Shown here in pieces: positions 18,211 through 27,342 of a stretch of 64,000 nt of DNA. Source of the stretch: Gammaproteobacteria bacterium. GTDB lineage: Bacteria > Pseudomonadota > Gammaproteobacteria > Steroidobacterales > Foliamicaceae. Under the pieces are notes generated by a model that saw only the letters and a list, made by a program, of their open reading frames with translations, was not told where the DNA came from and did no database searches. Numbering within the stretch: the first letter of the stretch is position 1; each line of letters begins with the position of its first letter. The DNA lies in contig CBDATM010000001.1 in the NCBI GenBank assembly GCA_965200225.1, positions 633,510 through 697,509 of the forward strand. The letters run 5' to 3'. The position numbers and the translations under genes are program-made.

Positions 18211-19264
18211 CGTGGTTGTGGACAAGCTGGCCTCGGTGGCGTCCGGCCTGGAGCTGGAGCGCGAAATCCGCGTGGGCAACGAGATTCCCAACGAGGAAGG
18301 CGTGCTGCTTGCAGTGGAGGTGCTTAACGACAAGTCGTCCTACAACCGGCTGGAACTGGCCAGCGGCCGCATGGCTCGGGTGTGCCGCGGAGACATTGTG
18401 GTGGGCGCCCTGGGGCACAGGAAAGCCTTGTTCGGATACGCGGGCCACGTGCCGGAATCGGTCCGCGCCGGAGATGTGCTGCAATTGCTCAACATAGGTG
18501 GTGTGTTGGGTGTGTGCGATTCGGTAAACGCCACCATGGGGCCGCCCTTCGACGCCCGGGTGCTGGGGGTGGTGCTGGAGTTCCCCTATCTGGGCGAGCG
18601 CGTGGGCATACCTGCCCGGGTAGGCGGCGAAGCGCTGCCGGACGCGGATTCCGGCGACCTGGATCTCGGCGGCGTGCCAGTGGTGGCCCTGGCCGGCACC
18701 ACCATGAATTCCGGCAAGACGGCGGCCGCCTGCGCAATCATCGGCCGTCTGCGGCATGAAGGATGTGTGGTGGACGCTTTCAAGGCCACCGGAGTGTCGC
18801 TGCGCCGCGACATCCTGGCCATGGAGGACGCGGGTGCGCGCAATACTGCGATTTTCACCGATTTCGGTGTGGTGAGCACCGCTCCGCAGAACGCGCCCCG
18901 CCTGGTGCGAGCCATGCTGAGACAGATGGCGGCCGCTGCGCCCGACATCATTCTCTTTGAACTGGGCGACGGCATACTCGGGGCCTACGGCGTGGAGGCG
19001 ATCCTGGAGGACGAAAAAATACGCTCTGCCATCAGTTGTCTTCTGCTGTGCGCCAGCGATCCCGTTGCCGCGTGGGGCGGCGCCGCCCTGCTGAAGGAGC
19101 ACTACGGAATCGAGGTGGCCGCAGTTACCGGACCCGCCACCGACAACCAGGTAGGACTCGACATCCTGCGGCAGCGTGTCGGCGTGCCCGGCTACAACGC
19201 GATTACCCACAGCGCGGACCTGGGCGAGTTCGTGGCCCGCAGCCTGGGCCTGAAGCAGCCATGA
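18203..19264 (+). CDS. Uncharacterised two-domain protein (N-terminal beta-rich domain + P-loop/DTBS-like domain) embedded in the arg operon
   Basis: MRSVVVDKL... is 353 aa. It has the P-loop-like VVALAGTTMNSGKTAAACAIIGRL. Its start overlaps the argG stop by 8 nt and its stop overlaps the argC start (ATGA). I do not recognise it as any canonical arg enzyme. Confidence 0.6.
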   Translation: MRSVVVDKLASVASGLELEREIRVGNEIPNEEGVLLAVEVLNDKSSYNRLELASGRMARVCRGDIVVGALGHRKALFGYAGHVPESVRAGDVLQLLNIGGVLGVCDSVNATMGPPFDARVLGVVLEFPYLGERVGIPARVGGEALPDADSGDLDLGGVPVVALAGTTMNSGKTAAACAIIGRLRHEGCVVDAFKATGVSLRRDILAMEDAGARNTAIFTDFGVVSTAPQNAPRLVRAMLRQMAAAAPDIILFELGDGILGAYGVEAILEDEKIRSAISCLLLCASDPVAAWGGAALLKEHYGIEVAAVTGPATDNQVGLDILRQRVGVPGYNAITHSADLGEFVARSLGLKQP

Positions 19265-20310
19265 GCGTCCCCGCGGTAGTGCTGGGCGCCTCGGGCTATG
19301 TAGCCGGCGAACTGTTGCGCATCCTCGCCGGCCACCCGGAATTCCGGGTGGCGGCGGCAATCTCGCAGAGTAATGCGGGCACCGAAGTGGAGTCCCTGTT
19401 TCCCAATCTCACCGGTCTCTGGCCGGATTTTCGCTTTCGGCCCCTGGCCGAACTCGAAGAGGTGCTGAGCCAGCCGTGCGCTGTTTTCTCCTGCGCGCCG
19501 CATGGGGCTAGCGCCGGGCTTGTCGCGAATGTCCTCAAACTCGCCGGGAAGCTTGATTCCGAAGTTCGGATCGTGGATGTTTCCGCCGACTTCCGTTACG
19601 GCGCCGCCCAAGCCTATGAGCAGGTCTATGGGACCCCCCACGCCGCTCCGGAGTTGTTGTCGAAGTTTTTCTGCGCGCTTCCCGAGCATCGGGCGCAAGC
19701 AGATGCCCCGCATGTGGGTCACCCTGGATGTTTCGCCAGCGCCTTGCTGCTCGCGTCTGTGCCACTGATGCGCTTTGCGCTCACCGACACTCCACTTTTT
19801 GCCAGTGGCGTGACCGGTAGCACCGGTGCCGGCAAGCGGCCGCTGCCAACCACTCATCACCCGCTGCGTCATTCCAACCTGTTCGCTTACCGGCCGCTGC
19901 GTCATCGTCATGCGCCCGAGGTGGAAGAGGTCTGTGAGGCGGTAAGCGGCCGACGTCCGCAGTTGCAGTTCGTGCCGCATTCGGGACCGTTCGCGCGCGG
20001 AATCCACCTCACGATGCAGGCTGGCCTGAAACCCTCAGTGAGCGAGCGGCAGGTGAAGAATGCCTTCGAGCAGAGTTACGGCGATGCGCCGTTCGTGCAT
20101 CTGACGGACTCGCCGCCGCGCCTGAAGAGTGTGGTTGGCAGCAATCATGCGCATCTGTCGGTTACCGTCGAAGGCGGTTCGGTGGCGGTTTTCGTAGCGC
20201 TGGACAACCTGGTGAAAGGCGCTGCCGGCGGAGCGGTGCAATGGGCCAATCGCTTGTACGGATTCGATGAGACGGCCGGTCTGACCGCTCCGGGGCTGGC
20301 ATGGACATGA
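19261..20310 (+). CDS. argC: N-acetyl-gamma-glutamyl-phosphate reductase
   Basis: MSVPAVVLGASGYVAGELLRILAGHPEF (Rossmann) and the catalytic Cys region HVGHPGCFASA. The upstream 75 codons of the track ORF are antisense-like filler. Confidence 0.9.
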   Translation: MSVPAVVLGASGYVAGELLRILAGHPEFRVAAAISQSNAGTEVESLFPNLTGLWPDFRFRPLAELEEVLSQPCAVFSCAPHGASAGLVANVLKLAGKLDSEVRIVDVSADFRYGAAQAYEQVYGTPHAAPELLSKFFCALPEHRAQADAPHVGHPGCFASALLLASVPLMRFALTDTPLFASGVTGSTGAGKRPLPTTHHPLRHSNLFAYRPLRHRHAPEVEEVCEAVSGRRPQLQFVPHSGPFARGIHLTMQAGLKPSVSERQVKNAFEQSYGDAPFVHLTDSPPRLKSVVGSNHAHLSVTVEGGSVAVFVALDNLVKGAAGGAVQWANRLYGFDETAGLTAPGLAWT

Positions 20311-20335
20311 GCGCGAAGCAGGCGCCGGGATTGGC

Positions 20336-21538
20336 ATGGACATGAGCGTGCAACAGGCGGCAGGCAAGCTCGACGATGCGCGCAGCCTGGAAGCGGCCCA
20401 CCTGGCGCAGGTGTATGCCCAATTCCCGTTCGAGGTGGTCGCCGGCGAGGGGTCGTATCTGATCTGCGCCGATGGCCGCCGGCTGCTGGACCTCTACGGG
20501 GGACACGCTGTATGCGCCCTGGGATACGGCCATCCGCGCCTGCTGGCCGCCCTCAAGCGGCAGGCCGGCGAGCTGTTTTTCGCCAGCAATGCGATGGCGC
20601 TCAGGGTGCGGGCGCGGGCCGCCGAAAAGCTGGCGCGGTTCGCTCCCGACGGATTGAGCCGGGTGTTTTTCGTGAATTCGGGAGCGGAGGCCAATGAGAA
20701 TGCCCTGCGTCTGGCCTGTCGGCTTACCGGGCGCTCCCGGGTTGTCGCTCTTGAGCACGGTTTTCATGGACGCACGGCTGCCGCTGCCGCCGTCAGTTGG
20801 GGCGCGCGGGAGCGCTGGTACGGCTTTCCGCAAACGCCGTTCGAGGTGGCGTTCGCGCCGCGCGACAATGCCGCGGCCCTTGCGGCGATGATCGACGGGG
20901 AGACGGCCGCCGTCATACTGGAGCCGATACAGGGTCTGGGGGGCGCCTATCCCCTGGACAGCGAAGTGCTGGGCGCGGCGCGCGCGGCCTGCGATGCCCA
21001 CGGCGCCTTTTTCATCGCCGACGAAGTGCAATGCGGAATGGGCCGCAGCGGCTTGCCATTCGCCGTTTCGCATGCCGGCGTGGTGCCCGACCTGCTCATC
21101 ACCGCGAAGTCGCTTGCCGCGGGCTTTCCCTGCGGAGCGCTGCTGATGCACGAGGACTGCGCTGCGCAGCTCGCCAAGGGCGATCTCGGCAGCACCTTCG
21201 GGGGCGGTCCGCTGGCTTGCGCCGCGATTGAAGCGGTGCTGGAAGTGATGCATGAAGAGCAGCTTCCCGAACGGGCGGCGGAGCGCGAGCGTCAAGTACG
21301 CGCCACTTGCGCTCACGGCCCGGTCGAGGCGATACAGGGCCGAGGTTTGCTGCTGGCCCTCAAATGCACGAGCGGCGCGACTGCCGCCAGGGACCGGCTG
21401 CTGGATGCGGACATCCTGACCGGCACCAGCGCGGTGCCGGGCTGGCTGCGGCTCATGCCCCCGCTTACCCTTCGCGAGAATGAGGCAGCCGCGCTGGCCG
21501 CCGCCCTTAGTCAACCTGGTGCGCGGTCCCGCAAATGA
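20336..21538 (+). CDS. argD: Acetylornithine (class-III) aminotransferase
   Basis: FFVNSGAEANENALRLA, FIADEVQCGMGRSG and a PLP-lysine region LITAKSLAAGFP. Confidence 0.88.
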   Translation: MDMSVQQAAGKLDDARSLEAAHLAQVYAQFPFEVVAGEGSYLICADGRRLLDLYGGHAVCALGYGHPRLLAALKRQAGELFFASNAMALRVRARAAEKLARFAPDGLSRVFFVNSGAEANENALRLACRLTGRSRVVALEHGFHGRTAAAAAVSWGARERWYGFPQTPFEVAFAPRDNAAALAAMIDGETAAVILEPIQGLGGAYPLDSEVLGAARAACDAHGAFFIADEVQCGMGRSGLPFAVSHAGVVPDLLITAKSLAAGFPCGALLMHEDCAAQLAKGDLGSTFGGGPLACAAIEAVLEVMHEEQLPERAAERERQVRATCAHGPVEAIQGRGLLLALKCTSGATAARDRLLDADILTGTSAVPGWLRLMPPLTLRENEAAALAAALSQPGARSRK

Positions 21539-21583
21539 CTGTTATTTGCGCGAAGCACACCACCGCTCACCGGGAGCATTCCA

Positions 21584-22600
21584 ATGAGTGAAGTACAACG
21601 ATTCGACGACCTGGCCGATTTCACGGCGGCAGAAATATCGGCGCTGCTTGCGCTGTCGGCCCGCCTCGAGCGCGAACCCGAACCGGAGGCGCTGAAAGGC
21701 AAGGTTCTGTCGCTGCTGTTTCTCAACCCCTCGCTACGGACCCTGGCCTCATTTCAGGCTTCCATGACCCGGCTGGGGGGCGGCGCCTTCGTGATCTCGC
21801 CGGAGATGTCGATTCACGGGCTGGAGACGCGCCCGGGAATCGTCATGGACGGCGCTGCCGCGGAGCATGTCCGAGAGGCGGTCCCGGTGATCGCCTCGTA
21901 TGGCGATGCCTTGGGCCTGCGGGCTTTCGCGGAGCGGCGCGACCTGGTGGAGGATCTGGAGGACCGGGAATACCGCGGCCTTGCGGAACTGGTCTCCACG
22001 CCGCTGATCAACATGGAGTCGGCGATCAACCATCCTTGCCAGAGTCTGGCGGACTGGAAGACGATGGACGACCTGGACATTCCGGCTTCCGGGGGCAAGT
22101 TTGTGCTCAGCTGGGCCTATCACCCGCTGGCGCTGCCGCTGGCGGTTCCGGCGGCCACGGTCCAGATGGCGGCCATGCGAGGCATGGACGTAACCGTGCT
22201 GCGGCCCGACGGGTTCGAACTGCCGCCGCTGGTGATGGACAAGGCGAAGCGGCTCGCCGAGCGCTCCGGCGGCTCCGTTGAGGAAACGGACAACCGCCCG
22301 GAGGCGCTGGACGGCGCCCATGTGCTGTATGCCAAATCCTGGAGTTCGACCCGCCATTACGGCGACAAGCATTCCGACTATCAGTTGCGCAACCAGCTTG
22401 AGGACTGGTGCGTGGACGAGGACTGGTTCCAACCCGCTGAAACCGGCTGCCGGTTCATGCACTGTCTGCCGGTTCGCCGCAAAGTGGTGGTGAGCGAGGC
22501 GGTGCTGGACGGCCCGCGCAGCGTCGTGGTGGCGGAAGCGCGCAATCGCATGTGGGTGCAGATGGCCGTTCTCTACGCCATGCTGGGACCGGGACTGTGA
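21584..22600 (+). CDS. argF': N-acetylornithine (or N-succinylornithine) carbamoyltransferase, ArgF' type
   Basis: SLRT, HPCQ and HCLPVRR motifs, plus VMDG...EHV, VLYAKSW and AEARNRMWVQMAVL. These resemble my memory of Xanthomonas AOTCase rather than classical OTCase. Confidence 0.8.
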   Translation: MSEVQRFDDLADFTAAEISALLALSARLEREPEPEALKGKVLSLLFLNPSLRTLASFQASMTRLGGGAFVISPEMSIHGLETRPGIVMDGAAAEHVREAVPVIASYGDALGLRAFAERRDLVEDLEDREYRGLAELVSTPLINMESAINHPCQSLADWKTMDDLDIPASGGKFVLSWAYHPLALPLAVPAATVQMAAMRGMDVTVLRPDGFELPPLVMDKAKRLAERSGGSVEETDNRPEALDGAHVLYAKSWSSTRHYGDKHSDYQLRNQLEDWCVDEDWFQPAETGCRFMHCLPVRRKVVVSEAVLDGPRSVVVAEARNRMWVQMAVLYAMLGPGL

Positions 22601-23535
22601 ACCGCAAGCGGACTAGCGGCGCGGGATTCGGCGCGCTGCGAGCCGCCGCGCCGTACCTGCGCCTGTACCAGGACCGCGTGTTCGTGGTCAAGCTGGGCGG
22701 CGAGGTGCTGAGCCGGGCCAGCCGCATCGAAGCACTGGTGGAACAGGCGGCGGTGTTGCAGGCCCTGGGAGTTCGCGTGGTCATCGTGCATGGTGGCGGG
22801 CCGCAATCCACCGAGCTGACCACCCGGCTCAAGCACGAGGCGCGCATGGTGGCCGGCCGCCGCGTCACCGGCTCCGAGGATCTGAAGGTGGCCAGCTATG
22901 TGCTGAACGGCGAGGTGAATACGCAGTTGCTGTCCGCTTGCCGGCTCTGCGGCGTTCCGGCCGTCGGCCTGTCCGGCGTGGACGCGGGCCTGGTTGTGGC
23001 CCGCCGCCGCCCGCCGATGAAGATCGAGGGCGCTGGCGAGGAGCCGGTGGATTTCGGCTTTGTGGGCGACATAGAGAAGGTGGAGCCGGCAGTGTTGAAC
23101 ATGCTGTTGAAGAAACGCTTTCTGCCCATCGTCAGTCCGCTCTCCGCGGACTCGAAGGGCGGGCTTCTCAACATCAACGCTGACACGGTGGCGGCTGCGG
23201 TGGCAACGGCCATAGGGGCCGAGAAGCTGGTGCTCACCATGGCCGCGCCGGGCATTCTTTCGGACCGCTCGGATGTTTCCACGCTGTTGTCCTACCTGGA
23301 TCTTTCCGGCTTGCGCAAACTGCGCGCGGAGGGCGCCCTGGCCGACGGCATGCTGCCCAAGACGGCCGCCATCGAGGCCGCGATCAGAGGGGGCGTGCCG
23401 AGGGTCCACCTGGTGTCGGGAAGCACCCAGGACGCTCTGCTGCGCGAAGTGTTCACCAACGAGGGTTGCGGGACCATGGTGGTGCGCAGCATCGACGCCC
23501 TGTCGACCGCCGAGCAGGAGGCGGGCAGGCAGTGA
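22597..23535 (+). CDS. argB: Acetylglutamate kinase
   Basis: APYLRLYQDRVFVVKLGGEVL and VIVHGGGPQ. A GTG at 22597 overlaps the argF' TGA (GTGA). The track start at 22552 is an alternative. Confidence 0.88.
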   Translation: MNRKRTSGAGFGALRAAAPYLRLYQDRVFVVKLGGEVLSRASRIEALVEQAAVLQALGVRVVIVHGGGPQSTELTTRLKHEARMVAGRRVTGSEDLKVASYVLNGEVNTQLLSACRLCGVPAVGLSGVDAGLVVARRRPPMKIEGAGEEPVDFGFVGDIEKVEPAVLNMLLKKRFLPIVSPLSADSKGGLLNINADTVAAAVATAIGAEKLVLTMAAPGILSDRSDVSTLLSYLDLSGLRKLRAEGALADGMLPKTAAIEAAIRGGVPRVHLVSGSTQDALLREVFTNEGCGTMVVRSIDALSTAEQEAGRQ

Positions 23536-24722
23536 CCCGGCTCTGGGACAAGGGCGGGAAGCTCGACGACGCCGTGCTGCGCTATACCGCGGGCGAGGAC
23601 CATCGCCTGGACGGCCGGCTGGTGGCGTACGATGCGCGGGCCTCTATCGCCCATGCCGGGATGTTGCATGCGGCGGGCTATCTGTCGGATCAGGATCATG
23701 CCGGGATCGTGAGCGGTCTGGAGGCGTTGGCCAGCGAGCACGCGGCCGGGAAGTGGACCATCTCCCTCGAAGAGGAAGACGTGCATACCGCGCTGGAGCG
23801 GCGCTTGGTGGCGCGCATAGGCCAGGCCGGCGAGCGGGTGCATCTGGGACGTTCCCGCAACGATCAGGTGCTGGCGGCCTTGCGGCTGTACCTCAAGGAT
23901 GCGGCTGCTGACCTGGAGCGGGCCGCCACCGCCGTCGCGGACGAACTGAGCGGCCTGGATGCGCGCCAGGGCGGCTTGCCCTTGCCCGGTTATACGCACA
24001 TGCAGCAGGCCATGCCCATCAGCGTGGGACTGTGGGCGCGCGGCTTCATGGGGGAGTTGCGCGACGATGCCGCGGGTCTGGCTGGAACCGCGCGGCGCAT
24101 GGACCGCAATCCGCTGGGCAGCGCCGCCGGTTTCGGCGCTCCGGGGCTAGACATCGACCGCGAACAAACGCGCGCCAGCCTGGGTTTTGCCGAAGTGCAG
24201 GAGCCGGTAACTTCGGTGCAGCTTTCGCGCGGAAAAGCGGAGGCGGGCCTGTTGTTCGAGTGCGCCTTGCTGATGCAGGACCTCGGCCGTCTGGCCGCCG
24301 ACCTGCTGCTGTTCTATACACGGGAATTCTCGCTGGTCCGCCTGGCGGGCGAGGTCACGACCGGTTCTTCGATCATGCCCCAGAAGCGCAATCCCGATGC
24401 GCTGGAGCTGGTTCGGGGCGCCGGAGCTACGGTACGGGCCTGCCTGCTGGAAGTGCTGGGCATAACGGCGTCCCTGCCTTCCGGTTATCAGCGCGATCTG
24501 CAGCGCATCAAGGCGCCGCTTTTCCGGGGCATCGATCTGACCGGCGAGAGTTGCGCCGTCCTGTGCCGTATAGTGCGCGTTTTGCGCTTTGTGCCCGGAC
24601 GCTGCGAGGAACTGGCCTCGGCGCCGGGGCTGCGGGCCGCCGAACAGGCCAACCGGCTGGTTGTGGAACAAGGCGTCAGCTTTCGCGAGGCCTACCGCAG
24701 GGTTGCAAGGCAGGAGGAATAG
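23532..24722 (+). CDS. argH: Argininosuccinate lyase (short form)
   Basis: Fumarate-lyase signature GSSIMPQKRNPD and HLGRSRNDQV. A GTG at 23532 overlaps the argB TGA. Confidence 0.9.
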   Translation: MTRLWDKGGKLDDAVLRYTAGEDHRLDGRLVAYDARASIAHAGMLHAAGYLSDQDHAGIVSGLEALASEHAAGKWTISLEEEDVHTALERRLVARIGQAGERVHLGRSRNDQVLAALRLYLKDAAADLERAATAVADELSGLDARQGGLPLPGYTHMQQAMPISVGLWARGFMGELRDDAAGLAGTARRMDRNPLGSAAGFGAPGLDIDREQTRASLGFAEVQEPVTSVQLSRGKAEAGLLFECALLMQDLGRLAADLLLFYTREFSLVRLAGEVTTGSSIMPQKRNPDALELVRGAGATVRACLLEVLGITASLPSGYQRDLQRIKAPLFRGIDLTGESCAVLCRIVRVLRFVPGRCEELASAPGLRAAEQANRLVVEQGVSFREAYRRVARQEE

Positions 24723-25168
24723 TGTCCGCGCGCATATGGCATCCCAAGGCGTTCAGCCGCCCCGAACAGTTGAACGCCATGGAAGAAAACCGGATGCTGG
24801 GGCATCTGGGGGTGGAGATCGTCGAGATCGGCGACGACTTCCTGCGTGCGCGCATGCCCGTGGACCATCGCACCCAGCAACCCTTCGGCCTGTTGCACGG
24901 TGGCGCCTCGGCGGTGTTGGCGGAATCGGTGGGAAGCTGGTCTTCGTACCTGTGCACGCCTCCGGGCGAATACCGGGTGCTCGGCCTGGAGATCAACGTC
25001 AGCCACCTGCGCCCGGCGCGCTCGGGCTACGTGTACGGCACGGCCCGCCCCATACGCATCGGCAGCGTGGTGCATGTGTGGGACATTCGCGTAACGGACG
25101 AAGAGGGCGCACTGCTGAGCGTGGCTCGTCTGAGCACATCCGTCCGCCCGATCAGGAAACCGCGCTGA
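24722..25168 (+). CDS. PaaI/YbdB-type hotdog-fold thioesterase
   Basis: The motif GLLHGGASAVLAESVGS is typical of PaaI-family thioesterases. A GTG at 24722 overlaps the argH TAG by 1 nt. An alternative start is the ATG near 24779. Confidence 0.75.
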   Translation: MSARIWHPKAFSRPEQLNAMEENRMLGHLGVEIVEIGDDFLRARMPVDHRTQQPFGLLHGGASAVLAESVGSWSSYLCTPPGEYRVLGLEINVSHLRPARSGYVYGTARPIRIGSVVHVWDIRVTDEEGALLSVARLSTSVRPIRKPR

Positions 25169-25224
25169 GCATCGCGCCCGGTCAGCGTTTCGCAACGACC
25201 CTTTTGGGCTTGCCCGGCCGCCGC

Positions 25225-26079
25225 TCAGTCCGAAGCGTCCTTTTCCGCCGCGCGCTTCCTCAACATTACACGTGACATGAGGATGCCGATCTCGTAGAGG
25301 AGAAAAAGCGGCACCGCCAGAAGCGTTTGCGAGATCATGTCGGGCGGCGTGAGGAACATGCCCAGCGTAAAGGCTCCCAAGAGGACATAGGGCCGCATCT
25401 TGCTCAGCGATTTGGGGCTGACGACTCCGGCGCCTACCAGCAGCAGTATGGCGATGGGCACTTCAAAGGAGATTCCGAAGGTAAAGAACAGCACCAGCAC
25501 GAAATCCAGGTACTCGCCAATATCGGTCATCATCGCCACGCCGTCCGGCGTGGCGGCCGTAAAGAAACCGAACATCAGCGGAAACACCACGTAGTAGGCG
25601 AACGCGGCGCCCGAATAGAACAGCGCGATGCTGGACAGCACCAGCGGCAGCGCCACCTTCCTCTCGCGTTTGTACAGCCCCGGCGCCACGAAGGCCCAGG
25701 CCTGGTAAATGACGATGGGCATGGCGGCGAATACCGCCACCCAGAAGGCCGTCTTGAAGGGGGTCAGAAACGGGGATGCGACCTGGGTGGCGATCATGGA
25801 GGCGCCCTCGGGCAACTTGCTCATCAGTGGTTGCGCCACGAGGGTGAAAACCTCCTGGGCGAAGGGCACCAGACCCACGAAAATGACCGCCACCGCCGCG
25901 GCCGCTTTCATCAGCCGCGAGCGGAGTTCCACCAGGTGCGACAGCAGACTGGATTCTTCCAGTTCCTCCCGCTCGTCTTCCTGCTGTTCCTCCGACTGCT
26001 CTTCCTGCTGTTCCTCCGACTGCTCTTCCTGCTGTTCCTCCGACTGCTCTTCCTGCTGTTCCTCCGACTGCTTGTTCAC
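25225..26079 (-). CDS. tatC: Twin-arginine translocase subunit TatC with repetitive acidic N-terminal extension
   Basis: LLSHLVELRSRL... plus 6 TM helices is the TatC pattern. It is preceded by (SEEQQEEQ)x4, encoded by a 24-bp tandem repeat. Confidence 0.92.
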   Translation of the reverse strand: MNKQSEEQQEEQSEEQQEEQSEEQQEEQSEEQQEDEREELEESSLLSHLVELRSRLMKAAAAVAVIFVGLVPFAQEVFTLVAQPLMSKLPEGASMIATQVASPFLTPFKTAFWVAVFAAMPIVIYQAWAFVAPGLYKRERKVALPLVLSSIALFYSGAAFAYYVVFPLMFGFFTAATPDGVAMMTDIGEYLDFVLVLFFTFGISFEVPIAILLLVGAGVVSPKSLSKMRPYVLLGAFTLGMFLTPPDMISQTLLAVPLFLLYEIGILMSRVMLRKRAAEKDASD

Positions 26080-26462
26080 TGCGATCCGGCCTTGCCCCGG
26101 GCATCTTCATCCCGCTCATTGGAATCCCTTTCCGGTTTATGGGAATCCGTCCTGTCTGCCTCTTTTTCCGGCTTGTCGGCGCCTTTTTCCGGTTCCTCAC
26201 GCTTTTTTCCGGCTGCGCCGGCCTTTGCCTTCGCGCCACCCGCCGCGCCCGCCCGCGCTGACGGCCTGCCGGTCGAAAACGGCATGGGGTCGTCGAGATT
26301 CACTTCCTGGCGGAGCTGGTACATGAGCGTGCGCGACATGCGCCGCGCTTGGCCGACCCAGCGGCCCAACTGCGCCGCCACCTTGGGCAGGCGCTGGGGA
26401 CCGAGGACGATCAGCCCCAGGCCGGCAAGAAGAATAAGTTCTGCAAACCCGATATCGAACAT
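26076..26462 (-). CDS. tatB: Twin-arginine translocase subunit TatB
   Basis: MFDIGFAELILLAGLGLIVLGPQRLP is the canonical TatB N-terminus. Its stop overlaps the tatC start. Confidence 0.9.
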   Translation of the reverse strand: MFDIGFAELILLAGLGLIVLGPQRLPKVAAQLGRWVGQARRMSRTLMYQLRQEVNLDDPMPFSTGRPSARAGAAGGAKAKAGAAGKKREEPEKGADKPEKEADRTDSHKPERDSNERDEDARGKAGSQ

Positions 26463-26488
26463 GGAGGGCGCGCGCGCCGACCCGCAAA

Positions 26489-26731
26489 TCAGGCCTTGGG
26501 AGCTTCCTTTTCCCTGGTTTCGGCACCGGACTCGGCGCTACTGAATTCAGCGTCCGTCCGTCCCAGCTTCTCCGGATCGGACTTGTCCGGATCGGACACG
26601 GCCTTGCGGAACCCCTTGATCGCCGATCCCAGGTCGCTGCCCAGGTTGCGGATGCGCGAGGTGCCGAATACCACCAATGCGAGCAGCAGCACGATTAGAA
26701 GCTGCCAGCCGCTGATTCCGCCAAATGCCAT
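26489..26731 (-). CDS. tatA: Twin-arginine translocase subunit TatA
   Basis: [44 protein letters not shown]. The track ORF start at 26812 is upstream filler. Confidence 0.9.
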   Translation of the reverse strand: MAFGGISGWQLLIVLLLALVVFGTSRIRNLGSDLGSAIKGFRKAVSDPDKSDPEKLGRTDAEFSSAESGAETREKEAPKA

Positions 26732-26819
26732 TATGTCGTCCTCATTGCGCTTTCCCGGTTCCGGCCAGGCGCGTTCGCCGTTGCAACAACGGCCAGGAAC
26801 GCCCGCCGACAAGGCTTAA

Positions 26820-27278
26820 TCATACCCTTTTTGGCGCGGCGCGGGCCTGCAGAAGCACGGTCACGGGGCCCGAGTTGATCAGTTCCACGTCCATATTCGC
26901 TCCAAAAACGCCGGTTTTGACGCCTATGCCTTGCGCTTCGGATTCGGCAACCAGACGCTCGAAGAGCCGCCTGCCTTCATCGGGAGGGGCGGCGCGGGAA
27001 AAGCCGGGCCGGGTGCCCTTGCGCGTATCGGCCGCCAGCGTGAACTGCGACACCAGCAGCAGTTCGCCTTCAGTCTGCCTCAGGCTCAGGTTCATGCGCC
27101 CTTCGGAATCGGAGAAAACGCGGTAGTTCGCGATCCGTTCGGCCAGCCGCCTTGCCTGCGCCTCGGTATCGCCGCGCTCCACGGCGGCCAGAACCAGCAG
27201 TCCGGGGCCGATCTTTGCGCACACTTCGCGATCCACGCTGACCTGCGCTCGGCTGACTCGCTGCAGTAGTCCGATCAT
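26820..27278 (-). CDS. dtd: D-aminoacyl-tRNA deacylase
   Basis: MIGLLQRVSRAQVSV...LLLVSQFTLAADTRKGTRPGFS...NSGPVT is the classic Dtd pattern. About 152 aa. Confidence 0.92.
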   Translation of the reverse strand: MIGLLQRVSRAQVSVDREVCAKIGPGLLVLAAVERGDTEAQARRLAERIANYRVFSDSEGRMNLSLRQTEGELLLVSQFTLAADTRKGTRPGFSRAAPPDEGRRLFERLVAESEAQGIGVKTGVFGANMDVELINSGPVTVLLQARAAPKRV

Positions 27279-27342
27279 GGTCCGCTTTCCAGGGGGCCGC
27301 CAGTGTAACATCGGCCCCCTGTTCGGAGGAGGACTGTCTGGA

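Noticed and set aside
25974-26069. CRISPR array, considered for this and the other tandem repeats (4774-4845, 58114-58161, 6376-6445)
   Set aside because: The repeats are directly adjacent with no unique spacers, the units are only 12-24 bp, and there are no cas genes in the window.
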